A stretch of DNA of 64,000 nt, taken from assembly GCA_027320085.1 (NCBI GenBank), contig DAHVLZ010000019.1:32001-96000 (forward strand), given 5' to 3'. The notes beneath the pieces were generated by a model. It did not search any database, was not told where the DNA came from, and worked only from the letters and a program-made list of their open reading frames with translations. Below, one piece after another: positions 33,740 through 43,829 of the stretch; position 1 is the stretch's first letter, and each line of letters opens with the position of its first letter. Position numbers and translations under genes: made by a program. The stretch comes from Pseudomonadota bacterium (lineage in GTDB: Bacteria > Pseudomonadota > Gammaproteobacteria > JAKAQQ01).

Positions 33740-34582
33740 TCAGTAACCCACCGTAAGTCCCTCCGGGGTGGCCAAGCCGTGGAGCATCGAGGTCCCGGGG
33801 GAGGAGGCCCAGCCTGCTCTTCCCCCGGAGTCAACCAAGATGATCCCGGCGATGCCGGTCACCTCGAGGCCGAAGCGTTCGATCGCCTCGTGCGCAACGC
33901 GGGTGGGATCAGGCACCTCCCGGTAACGGCAGGCTGCCTCGTGGGCCAAAACCATCCGGATGATGGATTCACCGTCACCGGTACATGAAACGGCGAGCCT
34001 TGAGTCCGCGAAGGTTCCGGAGCCGATGAGCGGGGTATCTCCAAGACGACCGGGATGCTTTCCCGCGATGCCGCCGGTGGACGTGGCGGACGCGAGATGA
34101 CCCCTCTGGTCCGTGGCGACTGCGCCCACTGTGCCCCGGTGGTCAACCCAGTGCTTTTTCTGCGCGGCCGTGACGAGCATCTGGGGTTCGACCAACGGAA
34201 ACCGCTGTTGCCGCGCGTAACGAAGGGCACCGTCCCCGACCAGGAGGACGTGACGGCCTTCCTCCAGAAGGAGCCGGGCGAGTTCGACGGGGTTGCCAAC
34301 GCCACGGAGTGCACCCACGGCTCCAGCCCGCCGAGTCGCCCCGTCCATGAGGGCGGCGTCTGTTTCGACCTCACCGAGTTGGTTCAGAACGGATCCGATC
34401 CCGGCATTGAACGTGGGGTCATCCTCGAGCACGCGGACCGCTGCCTGGACTGCGTCCAGAGATTCCCCGCCGGCTTCGAGGATGGCGTACCCCGCCCGCA
34501 CGGCTTTCTCCATGCCCTGTTCACGCTCGGTCTGAAAATCGTGTGGCCCAACACCGCCATGGACCAGAATGGCGATCGACAT
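33740..34582 (-). CDS. iaaA: isoaspartyl peptidase/L-asparaginase (Ntn hydrolase)
   Basis: [23 protein letters not shown] nucleophile Thr, TSTGG, GRLGDTP, SCTGDGE. Confidence 0.92.
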   Translation of the reverse strand: MSIAILVHGGVGPHDFQTEREQGMEKAVRAGYAILEAGGESLDAVQAAVRVLEDDPTFNAGIGSVLNQLGEVETDAALMDGATRRAGAVGALRGVGNPVELARLLLEEGRHVLLVGDGALRYARQQRFPLVEPQMLVTAAQKKHWVDHRGTVGAVATDQRGHLASATSTGGIAGKHPGRLGDTPLIGSGTFADSRLAVSCTGDGESIIRMVLAHEAACRYREVPDPTRVAHEAIERFGLEVTGIAGIILVDSGGRAGWASSPGTSMLHGLATPEGLTVGY

Positions 34583-34703
34583 GACCGGATCTCCTCGGGA
34601 TGATGAGTGCGGAAATTATACGTGGAGCATGGCGCCGCCGGTGCCGTCTCGCCCGGGTCCCTGTGTTAGTATTCCGTCGTCGCATTGCAAGCGAGAATCG
34701 GCC

Positions 34704-35225
34704 GTGAGCCGCGAGCATCCCAAAAAGAAACCCACCGTCCCGGTGGTCGGGGTGGTGATGGGGTCCCGTTCCGACTGGGAAACCCTGAAACACGCGGTCA
34801 AGACGCTCCGGGAATTCGGGATTGCGACAGAAAGTCGGGTTGTGTCTGCGCACCGTACACCGGATTGGTTGTTCCGCTATGCCGAGTCGGCTCCCGGCCG
34901 GGGACTCCGGGTGCTCATCGCCGGTGCCGGTGGAGCGGCCCATCTCCCGGGCATGCTGGCGGCCAAGACCGTTCTGCCGGTCTTTGGCGTGCCGGTTGAG
35001 ACCCGGGCACTGGGTGGGCTGGATTCCCTGCTATCCATTGCCCAGATGCCGGCTGGTGTCCCGGTGGGAACCCTCGCGATCGGGAAGCCAGGTGCCATCA
35101 ACGCAGCTCTCTTGGCAGCGGCCGTCCTGGCGCTCGAGAATCCGGGGTTGGCCCGGCGTTTGGCTGCCTGGCGACGGGATCAGACCCGTTTAGTGTTGCG
35201 TCAATCCGATCCGGAGGAGCGCTGA
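34704..35225 (+). CDS. purE: N5-carboxyaminoimidazole ribonucleotide mutase
   Basis: [32 protein letters not shown]; start approximate. Confidence 0.96.
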   Translation: MSREHPKKKPTVPVVGVVMGSRSDWETLKHAVKTLREFGIATESRVVSAHRTPDWLFRYAESAPGRGLRVLIAGAGGAAHLPGMLAAKTVLPVFGVPVETRALGGLDSLLSIAQMPAGVPVGTLAIGKPGAINAALLAAAVLALENPGLARRLAAWRRDQTRLVLRQSDPEER

Positions 35226-35226
35226 T

Positions 35227-36333
35227 ATGCGGGTTGGCGTGATCGGGGGAGGGCAGCTTGGACGGATGCTGGCTTGGGCAGGGCTTCCGCTCGGGCTGGA
35301 TTTTGTTTTTCTGGATCCCTCGCCGGATGCGCCAGCAGCCGCGTTGGGTCAGCTGATCGTGGCCCCGTTCGGGGACCGGGATGCGGTTTTCCGGCTTGCC
35401 GGATCCGTCGATGTCGTGACCTACGAGTTTGAGAACCTGGCCGCTCCCCTGCTTCGGGAAGTTGCCGCGGCCCGGGCAGTCCTGCCCCCACCCCTCGCCC
35501 TTGAAGTGAGCCAGGATCGCCTGCTCGAAAAACAACTGTTCCAGAAACTGGGAATCCCCACCACCCGCTTTGTCTCGGTTGCAAGCCGGGAGGAGCTCGA
35601 GCCGGCACTGGGCATCACCGGACTGCCGGCCATGCTCAAGACCCGGCGCTTTGGTTACGATGGCCGCGGTCAGGCGGTGATCGGGGACGCCGCTCTCTTG
35701 GATGCTGCCTTCCAGCGTTTCATGGGCGCCCCGGGCGGACTGCTTCTTGAAAACCGCATCCCCTTCGAGTGCGAGCTCTCTCTGGTGGCTTGCCGCGGTC
35801 GGGAAGGGGAGGTCGGTTTTTACCCGCTCGCCGAGAATGTGCATCAGCAGGGGATCTTGCGCAGTTCGCGGGTGCCGGCCCACGTGGATCCCGAAGTGGT
35901 CCGCCAGGCCATGGGTTACGCGAGGAGTCTCCTCGATCATCTGGATTATGTCGGCGTATTGGCCATCGAGTTTTTCCTCGAAAACGGCAAACTGATCGCC
36001 AATGAAATGGCGCCGCGGGTTCACAATAGCGGGCACTGGAGCATTGAGGCGGCCGAGACCAGTCAGTTCGAAAATCACCTCCGGGCCATCGCCGGTCTCC
36101 CGCTCGGCGAGACCCGCCTGCGCGGTGAGGCCTTTCTGGTCAATGCTGTCGGGCGGCTGCCCGATGTTCGTTCGCTTCTTGAACTGCCCGGCGTTCATGT
36201 TCACGACTACCGGAAATCGCCACGGCCGGGCCGCAAGGTGGGTCATGCGACGCTCCTTGCGGCTTCCGTATCCGAACTGGAAAAGATCACGCCCAAGTTT
36301 CTGGTCCAGATGCCCTTTGAGACCCCGTCCTAA
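35227..36333 (+). CDS. purK: N5-carboxyaminoimidazole ribonucleotide synthase
   Basis: GGGQLGRM, TYEFEN, GYDGRGQ, NEMAPRVHNSGHW, GRKVGH. Confidence 0.96.
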   Translation: MRVGVIGGGQLGRMLAWAGLPLGLDFVFLDPSPDAPAAALGQLIVAPFGDRDAVFRLAGSVDVVTYEFENLAAPLLREVAAARAVLPPPLALEVSQDRLLEKQLFQKLGIPTTRFVSVASREELEPALGITGLPAMLKTRRFGYDGRGQAVIGDAALLDAAFQRFMGAPGGLLLENRIPFECELSLVACRGREGEVGFYPLAENVHQQGILRSSRVPAHVDPEVVRQAMGYARSLLDHLDYVGVLAIEFFLENGKLIANEMAPRVHNSGHWSIEAAETSQFENHLRAIAGLPLGETRLRGEAFLVNAVGRLPDVRSLLELPGVHVHDYRKSPRPGRKVGHATLLAASVSELEKITPKFLVQMPFETPS

Positions 36334-36397
36334 ACCCGTCCGGGTCGAGACCGGTTTCCGGGTTTAAACTGGCTCTCCCAGACAGGTTCCAGATCCC

Positions 36398-37615
36398 ATG
36401 AGTGCGCTCAGTTCGGATCTTGCATGCCCACCGGCTCTTTCGGAAGGGATCCCGGAGGGGCGCCGTCGTCTCCGGCTCGCCGTCCTCACTTTTGTGCACT
36501 TCCTGAATGACGGTGCGGTCAATTTCCTGCCGGGTGTCCTGCCGGCCGTCCTGGTCCGGCTGGCACTCCCCGATGCGGATGCGGGACTCATCATGTCGGC
36601 TCTTCTGATCGGGCAGGGCCTGCAACCTGTCATGGGCTGGCTTTCCGATCGTTACGGGCAGGCCTGGTTTCTCGTCCCGGGTCTCTCGCTGAGCCTTTTG
36701 GGCGGAGCCTTCGTTGGTCTGGCAGGCAGTCTCTGGGTCTTGATTGCGATCCTGCTCACCATCGGGATCGGTAATGCTGCCTTCCACCCCCCCGGGCTGG
36801 CCACCGCGCGCCGGATGGCCCGCGAGAAACGAGCCAGCTTGGTCATGTCGGTTTTCCTCGTGGGCGGAGAGATCGGTCGTGGTCTGGGACCCCTGCTCGC
36901 CAGCCTGGTCATCCTGCAGTGGGGATTCCACGGTCTTTTGGTCCTGGCTGTGCCGGTTCTCTGTCTCGTGCCCCTGCTTCCACGCACGCTCCGCCCGGCA
37001 GGCCCCCAAACCAGAACCGTTCCGGGCGATCGGCATTCCTGGATGGAACGACTGCGCTCCTTGTGGCCCCTGTTGTTGTTCGCCGGGCTGAGATCCAGTC
37101 TGGTCTATGCCAGTGTGACCTTCATTCCGATCCTCTGGCATGAACGGGGAGGCTCCCTCATTGTCGGGGCTTCACTTGTGAGTGTGCAACTCTTGGTCGG
37201 CGTCGTCGGTAACCTGGGGGGCGGGTGGCTGGCCGACCGGATGGGGCGCCGTCCTCTCCTCGTCAGCATGAGTCTCATTTCGCCCCTCTTGCTCGGCCTC
37301 TTTGAGTTTCTCCCCATGCCATGGGCCTACCTGGATCTCGGCGTGCTCGGGATCAGCCTGTTTGCCACCCTGCCGGTCACGATTCTGATCGGCCAGGATC
37401 GTTCTCACGGCGAGCCGGCCTTCGGGTCTGGGGTGGCCTTGGGTCTCGGCAATGCGCTCGGCGCCGTCGGTCTCCTGATCCTGGGTGCCCTGGTCGGGCG
37501 GATCGGGGTCGAGGGCGTGCTCGACGGTGCCGTGGGGGTCGGACTGCTGGCCGTGCCGGTGGCCTGGTGGGGACTGGGAGGGGCCCCGCGTTCCGACCTG
37601 CTGCAGCCGGGCTGA
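36398..37615 (+). CDS. MFS transporter (Fsr-like)
   Basis: About 12 TMs, HFLND, GWLSDRYG and GWLADRMGRR motif A, AFHP. Confidence 0.88.
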   Translation: MSALSSDLACPPALSEGIPEGRRRLRLAVLTFVHFLNDGAVNFLPGVLPAVLVRLALPDADAGLIMSALLIGQGLQPVMGWLSDRYGQAWFLVPGLSLSLLGGAFVGLAGSLWVLIAILLTIGIGNAAFHPPGLATARRMAREKRASLVMSVFLVGGEIGRGLGPLLASLVILQWGFHGLLVLAVPVLCLVPLLPRTLRPAGPQTRTVPGDRHSWMERLRSLWPLLLFAGLRSSLVYASVTFIPILWHERGGSLIVGASLVSVQLLVGVVGNLGGGWLADRMGRRPLLVSMSLISPLLLGLFEFLPMPWAYLDLGVLGISLFATLPVTILIGQDRSHGEPAFGSGVALGLGNALGAVGLLILGALVGRIGVEGVLDGAVGVGLLAVPVAWWGLGGAPRSDLLQPG

Positions 37616-37739
37616 CGGGATGGTTGCGAGGCCATTCCCTTGGTGAAAACGATGGGCGAGGAGGGCGGATCCGTTCCGGAGCGGCTCTTTCATCCCCTGA
37701 CAGCCGCGCCTGGTTTTTTCAACGGGTGGGGAAGCCGCA

Positions 37740-38669
37740 TCAGGTCCCGGATGAGGCCTGGATGGCGATGCCCATGAGGCGTGAGCAGGCCTCGACGTAA
37801 CGGTCGCGGGTCGCGGCCAGGACGGGGGCGGGCAAGGACGGGGGCGGTGGTTTTTTGTCCCACCCGCTGATCTCGAGCCACTGGCGCAGGAACTGCTTGT
37901 CGAAAGAAGGGGGGCTGGATCCCGGACGGTACTGGTCCCGGGGCCAGTACCGGGTCGAGTCCGGTGTCAGGAGTTCGTCGATCAAAAAGAGGTTGCCGGC
38001 CCCGTCGATCCCAAACTCGAATTTCGCATCGGCGATGATGAGACCCCGAGTCTCGGCGTATCGGGATGCTTCCCGGAAAATGGCGAGCGATTGCTCGCGT
38101 ACCGCCGTGGCCAGGGTCCCGTTGCCGATGCGTCTCACCGTTTCGTCGAAGCTGATCGGGTGATCATGTTCTCCGGCAGGGGACTTGCTGGTTGGCGTGT
38201 AGAGAATTTCCGGCAAGGGATCGGCTTCCCGGAGCCCTGTCGGGAGATGGATGCCGGGTAGGTTGTCCCCTTTCCGGTAGGCCTGCCAGGCGGAACCGGC
38301 GAGATAGCCACGAACGACCGCTTCCAATGGCAGGGGTTGAAGCCGTCGCACGAGCATGCTCCGTCCGCGAAGATAGGGCAGGGCTTGGGAATGGACAAGA
38401 CGGGACCAGTCATCCTTGAGTTCGTGGTTCGGGATGAGTGACTCCATCCGGGCAAACCAGAATTTGGACAATGCGGTCAGCAGGCACCCCTTCTCCGGGA
38501 TGGTCTCCCTGAAAACGACATCGAACGCGGAAATCCGGTCGGACGCGACGATCAACAGGCGTTCGTGATCCACCTGGTAGAGATCACGAACCTTGCCCTG
38601 CCCGACCCGGGGCAGTCCGGGATCGGTGGGGCTCCCCGGCACTGTCCCTGCGGGAGGGGAGTCCTTCAC
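37740..38669 (-). CDS. purC: SAICAR synthetase
   Basis: GKVRDLY, SDRISAFD, EAVVRGYLAGS, KFEFG, DELLTPDS, SFDKQF.R. Confidence 0.96.
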   Translation of the reverse strand: MKDSPPAGTVPGSPTDPGLPRVGQGKVRDLYQVDHERLLIVASDRISAFDVVFRETIPEKGCLLTALSKFWFARMESLIPNHELKDDWSRLVHSQALPYLRGRSMLVRRLQPLPLEAVVRGYLAGSAWQAYRKGDNLPGIHLPTGLREADPLPEILYTPTSKSPAGEHDHPISFDETVRRIGNGTLATAVREQSLAIFREASRYAETRGLIIADAKFEFGIDGAGNLFLIDELLTPDSTRYWPRDQYRPGSSPPSFDKQFLRQWLEISGWDKKPPPPSLPAPVLAATRDRYVEACSRLMGIAIQASSGT

Positions 38670-40633
38670 GCGCGGCGACGTCTCGGAACGAAGGCTCCGG
38701 TCAACCCCAGAAGGAGCAGGAACAGAAGGCTGGTCGGATCGATGGCACTGCTCGTGTTCTGGACGACTTCGACGTCGAAGGCAACGGACGAAGTGAGACC
38801 GTTGCCATCGGTTGCGGTCACGGTCACGATGGCCGTGCCCAACTGGTTTGGGATGGGGGTCATCGTGATGGTCCGGTTGGTGCCGGTGCCGGCCAGCTTG
38901 ATCCCGCTGACTGGCAGGATGCCCGGATCGTCGCTGGATGCGGTCAGGGTGATCGGACTCGTTCCCGTGACGGTGAAGGGATAGGGCCCCACACTGCTGC
39001 TGACCGTGATGCCGTAGGGACCGACCAGACCGTTGATGACGGGCCGCTGGGCAACCGTGACCTGGAAGGTCTCGGATGTGGTGGCCTGGTTCGGGGCCGT
39101 TGCCACGAGATGGATGTGCGAGATCCCCGCGGCCCCGGAAGGGGCTTCGAGATTGACCGTCCGGTTGAGGCCGAGGCCCCCGAAGCTGATGCCGGAGTCC
39201 GGGATGACGGATGGGTTGGAGGAACTGGCACTGTAGGCGAGATCGCAGCCGCTATTGGGACTGAAGGGGATCACGCTCGTTGCGCCGGAGGGGATTGCCG
39301 TCGCCGGAATCGGGCCCAGACTGATCGTTTGCGGGATATCGCAGATCCGGACGGTGGCCGGAGCCGAGATGGGGTTCGTGGGCGCACCCGGACCGCTTGA
39401 GGCTTCGGCCTGGAAGGAAAAGCGGTCCTCGCCGGTATAGCCGGTCTGGGGAAAGTAGGTGAAGGAGCCGCTGCCGGCCAGGTTGAGTGTCCCATGGGCA
39501 GGAGGAGTCGTGACCAGGTAGCTCAGGGTCCGGTTCTGTGTGTCACTCGCATTGACGGCGGCTGAGAACGACATGTTCTCCGGCGTTGTAAAGGTGGCAG
39601 GGCTTGCCACGATGTCACCATTTCCGGAAAAATGACCTGAAAAGGCTGCAGCATTCGACAGGTTGAGGGTACTGACCAGCTGGTTGGTCGCCGTATTCAG
39701 GATGGAGAGTGCGGCTTTGTTTGCATCCAACACGTAAAGCCGTGTGCCGTCGGGAGAAAGCGCCAGGGTCGCGGGCGCCTGACCCACGCTCACGTTGGTT
39801 TCCTGTCCCGGGTTGGCGAGCGGGATCACGGTCACGATGCCCTGTTCGGTCGGCTGGGCGACATAGAGGGTCTGGCCGTTGGGGGAGACGGCGAGCGAGG
39901 TTGGAAATCCCGGGACGGTCAGCGAGGTCAGGAAGTTTCCCGTCCGGATGTCCAGGACATCAATTGTATCGTCGCCGGAGTTGGCGACGTAGAGACGGGT
40001 TCCCGCGGGTGAGAGCGCGAGCGCCAGGGGGTCAAAAGCGTCCGGGAGCGTGAGCGTGGAGATCGCACCGGTGGAGAGGTCGATCACCGAGAGCGTGTCG
40101 TCCCCACTCAGGCTGACATAGAGATGGCGGCCGGATAAACCGGCTGCAATTGCCGTGGGGGCGGTGCCGACGCCATAGCCGCTGAGGGTGTCGACGGAAC
40201 CGTTCGCCAGATGGAGGTCATATAACGTGCCGGTATCGGGATTGATGAAATAAAAGGTTTCCCCATTGGGAGCAATGGCCATGGCGCCCAGGCCAATGTT
40301 GGAGGTACCGCTTTGCAGGGTAAAAATCTGGACGATCCGTTCGGAGGCCAGATTGATCTCGGTGAGGCTGGATGTCACGACCCCGGAGACGGACGAGATG
40401 CCACCGACGTAGGCGAGGTCCGGGTCGGTGGGTGACATCACGACGTTCACCGGATCCACTCCGACCGGGAGTTCAGCCAGGAGGGAATTGGTTGCGGCGC
40501 TCACGATGTCGACACTGTTTTGCGAGGACTGCGGAATGGCGAGGTAGGGTTGGGCGAAAGCCACAGCCGAAAGGGAAAAAACCACGCCCAGGATCAGGGC
40601 CGGAAGCCAGCGGGAGGAATGCAGGGCCGTCAC
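38666..40633 (-). CDS. exported YVTN beta-propeller + Ig/cadherin-like repeat protein with C-terminal TM + Arg anchor
   Basis: Signal peptide, repeated P..lAlSP.G..LYV.N...D.I.V.D blades, PAHGTL..GSFTY.P..GYTGEDRFSF (Big_9-like), two ASSS.P..IP.SGI...G.G.NRT repeats, tail SSAIDPTSLLFLLLLGLTGAFVPRRRRA; GTG 40633 with GGAG RBS. Confidence 0.85.
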   Translation of the reverse strand: MTALHSSRWLPALILGVVFSLSAVAFAQPYLAIPQSSQNSVDIVSAATNSLLAELPVGVDPVNVVMSPTDPDLAYVGGISSVSGVVTSSLTEINLASERIVQIFTLQSGTSNIGLGAMAIAPNGETFYFINPDTGTLYDLHLANGSVDTLSGYGVGTAPTAIAAGLSGRHLYVSLSGDDTLSVIDLSTGAISTLTLPDAFDPLALALSPAGTRLYVANSGDDTIDVLDIRTGNFLTSLTVPGFPTSLAVSPNGQTLYVAQPTEQGIVTVIPLANPGQETNVSVGQAPATLALSPDGTRLYVLDANKAALSILNTATNQLVSTLNLSNAAAFSGHFSGNGDIVASPATFTTPENMSFSAAVNASDTQNRTLSYLVTTPPAHGTLNLAGSGSFTYFPQTGYTGEDRFSFQAEASSGPGAPTNPISAPATVRICDIPQTISLGPIPATAIPSGATSVIPFSPNSGCDLAYSASSSNPSVIPDSGISFGGLGLNRTVNLEAPSGAAGISHIHLVATAPNQATTSETFQVTVAQRPVINGLVGPYGITVSSSVGPYPFTVTGTSPITLTASSDDPGILPVSGIKLAGTGTNRTITMTPIPNQLGTAIVTVTATDGNGLTSSVAFDVEVVQNTSSAIDPTSLLFLLLLGLTGAFVPRRRRA

Positions 40634-40948
40634 GGATGGGTGTCTCCGAATAGTAGAAATGCCGTCTGCGCGAGAGGCGGTTACCTTGAGATTATAGTAG
40701 ATCAGCGTACAAATACCCATCCGCCTTGAGCGGCGGGTCGTCAAGCGCGGCTGCCCGCCAAGGGAGTTCCCCCACCCGTATTTCCCGGAGATGGCGAGGG
40801 TGAGCTGCGGGTGAGGCCTGCCCCGGCCGGATCTTGGCGAGGCGGGTCTGCAGAGGAGGGGGGTGGGGAAGTATGATACCGTTGCGTTGGGCGGTCTCCG
40901 GCGATGGCTGGAGGGTCGGCCCGCCTCGTCTTACCGGAGGAATGCGGA

Positions 40949-41701
40949 ATGAACCGGCCCCGGCCACCTGAGATCGTCCCTTCGCTGCTTTCCGCTGATT
41001 TTGCCCGGCTGGGGGAGGAAGCCCAGGCGATCGTTGCGATTGGGGCCCGGCGGCTTCATTTCGATGTCATGGACAACCACTACGTCCCGAACCTCACGGT
41101 CGGGCCCCTCGTGCTCGCGGCATTGCGCCGATATGGGGTTGAGGTTCCGGTCGAAGTGCATCTCATGGTTCGGCCGGTGGACCGGCTGATCGAGGAATTT
41201 GCCCGTGCCGGGGCGAATGTGATTTTTGTCCACCCGGAGGCTACCGACCACCTGGACCGCAGCCTCGGGCTGATACGGGATCAGGGATGCGAAGCCGGAC
41301 TCGTCTTCAACCCGGCTACTCCGCCCACTCTCCTGCCTTATGTTGCAGACCGCGTGGAACACCTTCTCGTCATGACGGTCAATCCGGGTTTCCCGGGCCA
41401 GGCGTTCCTGCCGGGGGTATTGCCCAAGATCCGGGAGATCCGGAGCTGGATCGACAGCCACGGCGGGTCGTGGGTCCTCGAGGTGGACGGCGGTATTCAT
41501 CCAGGAACCATTGCCCAGGCGCGTGCGGAGGGGGCCGAGCGTTTCGTGGCGGGATCCGCCCTCTTCAGTACCCGCGATCGGGCCCGGGCCTGGGCCGAGT
41601 TGCATGCGGCAATCGAGCGGTCGGGTGATCCAAAGGAGGTGCGGCCGACGCTCCGGCATCCAAAACCTGCGATAATGGACGAGGTTCCAGGCGGTCAATA
41701 G
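40949..41701 (+). CDS. rpe: ribulose-phosphate 3-epimerase
   Basis: [40 protein letters not shown]. Confidence 0.96.
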   Translation: MNRPRPPEIVPSLLSADFARLGEEAQAIVAIGARRLHFDVMDNHYVPNLTVGPLVLAALRRYGVEVPVEVHLMVRPVDRLIEEFARAGANVIFVHPEATDHLDRSLGLIRDQGCEAGLVFNPATPPTLLPYVADRVEHLLVMTVNPGFPGQAFLPGVLPKIREIRSWIDSHGGSWVLEVDGGIHPGTIAQARAEGAERFVAGSALFSTRDRARAWAELHAAIERSGDPKEVRPTLRHPKPAIMDEVPGGQ

Positions 41702-41733
41702 ACCCGGTGCATCGCTTTGGAGGAAAACCAAGA

Positions 41734-42606
41734 TTGGCCCATCCCACCCAGAAAGTCCGGCTCAACGGTTTCAATAACCTGACGAAGACGCTCAGTTTCA
41801 ATATCTACGATATCTGTTACACCAAAACCGAAGAACACCAGCGGGCCTACATCAGCTACATCGACGAGGCCTACAATGCCGAACGGCTGACCCAGATCCT
41901 GACCCACGTCTCCGGAATCATCGGCGCCAACGTGCTCAACTGCTCACGGCAGGATTACGATCCCCAAGGGGCCTCCGTCACCATGCTCATTTCCGAGACG
42001 ACGGTCGGTACCGATGCAGCCGTCCAGAGCGACCTTGAAACCCCAGGCCCCCTGCCGGAGGGAGTCGCCCTGCATCTCGACAAGAGCCACATCACCGTCC
42101 ATACCTACCCGGAAAGCCATCCGGACAACGGGATCAGCACTTTCCGGGCCGATATCGACGTCTCCACCTGTGGACGGATTTCACCCCTGCGGGCGCTCAA
42201 CTACCTCATCCACAGTTTCGAATCCGATATCGTCATGGTGGATTACCGGGTGCGTGGCTTCACCCGCGATATTCATGGACAAAAGCTCTTCATCGACCAC
42301 CACATCAACTCGGTCCAGAATTTCATGTCCCGGGACACCCGCGAGCGCTACCAGATGGTCGACGTCAACGTGTACCAGGAAAATATCTTTCATACGAAGA
42401 TGATCCTCAAGGAATTTGAGCTTTCGAACTACTTGTTCGGTACGGAAAGCGAATCCGTTGCACCCGACGAGGCCGAACGGATCCGGGATCGCGTGAAGAC
42501 GGAAATGCTGGAAATCTTTTACGGACGAAACATGAAACGGGGCTCCCTGGCCTCGATTCGGCGGCTTGACCCGGTTACCCTCTCGGCCAGCCCTCAGAAC
42601 AAGTAG
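41734..42606 (+). CDS. speD: S-adenosylmethionine decarboxylase proenzyme (E. coli type)
   Basis: [26 protein letters not shown] pyruvoyl site, DVSTCG; TTG 41734 behind GGAGG. Confidence 0.96.
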   Translation: MAHPTQKVRLNGFNNLTKTLSFNIYDICYTKTEEHQRAYISYIDEAYNAERLTQILTHVSGIIGANVLNCSRQDYDPQGASVTMLISETTVGTDAAVQSDLETPGPLPEGVALHLDKSHITVHTYPESHPDNGISTFRADIDVSTCGRISPLRALNYLIHSFESDIVMVDYRVRGFTRDIHGQKLFIDHHINSVQNFMSRDTRERYQMVDVNVYQENIFHTKMILKEFELSNYLFGTESESVAPDEAERIRDRVKTEMLEIFYGRNMKRGSLASIRRLDPVTLSASPQNK

Positions 42607-43199
42607 GAACCGTAGACCAGGGCACGCGAGGTCCAGTGCATGAGTCGCCGGACGGAAGCCGGCAGCACCCCGCCACCCGCGGCCCGCGCCCAGGCGCCGT
42701 GCGCGACTTCTTCTTCCCGCATGCGGTCCAGAATCCGGCGCGTCTCCTCGTCTTCGGGCGGCAGGCGTCCCAGATGGTCCGTGAGATGGGACTCCACTTG
42801 GGCCTCGGTTTCCACGATGTAGCCCAAGCTCGTCCTGCGTCCCAGGGAACCGGCCAGAAGCCCGCTCAGGAAAGCGAGCCCATACCACAGCGGGTTCAGG
42901 GAACTCGGATGGCCGCCGAGTTCGGCCAGACGCCTCTCGCACCAGACGAGGTGACGATGTTCCTCTTCACCCGCCTGGACCAGCTGCCGGGACAGGGCGG
43001 GGTCCTCGCGGGCCGTGAGGGCCTGGGCCCGGTAAAGGGCCTGTGCCGCCACTTCTCCCGCGTGATTCACCCGGAGCAACCGGATGCTGTGCCGCCGCCA
43101 AGCGGGGGCTGGGCCTGGGTGTGGGGAGGCTCCCTGGGTCAGGACCCAGCGTGCGTGGTCGATCTCTCCGATCAGCCGATCACCGAGATTCCGACCCAC
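42594..43199 (-). CDS. coq7: demethoxyubiquinone hydroxylase (di-iron)
   Basis: [35 protein letters not shown]. Confidence 0.93.
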   Translation of the reverse strand: MGRNLGDRLIGEIDHARWVLTQGASPHPGPAPAWRRHSIRLLRVNHAGEVAAQALYRAQALTAREDPALSRQLVQAGEEEHRHLVWCERRLAELGGHPSSLNPLWYGLAFLSGLLAGSLGRRTSLGYIVETEAQVESHLTDHLGRLPPEDEETRRILDRMREEEVAHGAWARAAGGGVLPASVRRLMHWTSRALVYGSYLF

Positions 43200-43203
43200 G
43201 GGC

Positions 43204-43770
43204 CTAGAACGGAATCAGGGCGTAACCCCGGTTTTCATAGAGGATGAGCGTGCTGGGTCCGCTCGGTGCGACCCCGATGTGGGGCCAGAGAGAGGCGGGT
43301 GTGAATTTCCAGCCGGCCAGGGCAACGCCGCACACATAAAAGCGCACCCCGTGCCGGAGGAGGGCGGATACCAGCCGTCCGTTTGGGTTGGGATGACCGA
43401 ATCGCTTCTGGTAGGCGGCATTGGACAGTGCCGCGGGAATCGCACCTCCGTCGAAAACCACGACAAAGTGCAGGTTGCGGGTCGGCACCCTTTCAGCCTT
43501 GAAAATATTGAACATGCGGGCCACCCGGCCGAGTTCGGGATCGGCCTTGGTCTTGTTGGCGAGGGCTTGCGGAATGTAAAAAATGGCGTGGTATTGCCGG
43601 GTCCGGGGAAGACGCGCGCTTTCATGGGGCCAGAGGTGGATGGCGCCGTATCCGGGGATTGCCGGCGTCGTCCAGCCAGGAACCCGTCCCGGTGTCTTCA
43701 GGGGACCGGCCGAGGCCACGGAGGTGGCCAGGACGAATCCTGCCACGGTCGCGAGAGTAAGTCGTTTCAT
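43204..43770 (-). CDS. exported DsrE/DsrF-like protein
   Basis: Signal peptide MKRLTLATVAGFVL..ASA; RVARMFN, VVVFDGGA, NPNG.LV..L...GV.FYVCGVAL, Y.N.GYALI. Confidence 0.78.
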   Translation of the reverse strand: MKRLTLATVAGFVLATSVASAGPLKTPGRVPGWTTPAIPGYGAIHLWPHESARLPRTRQYHAIFYIPQALANKTKADPELGRVARMFNIFKAERVPTRNLHFVVVFDGGAIPAALSNAAYQKRFGHPNPNGRLVSALLRHGVRFYVCGVALAGWKFTPASLWPHIGVAPSGPSTLILYENRGYALIPF

Positions 43771-43829
43771 GGTCGTTCTCCCGTGGATCAACCCACGCAT
43801 TCTAGCAATTCCCCTACGGGATGGAGCCC

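Noticed and set aside
36331-36366. 8-bp inverted repeat between purK and the MFS gene
   Set aside because: 20-nt spacer and no clear U-tract; too weak to call a terminator.
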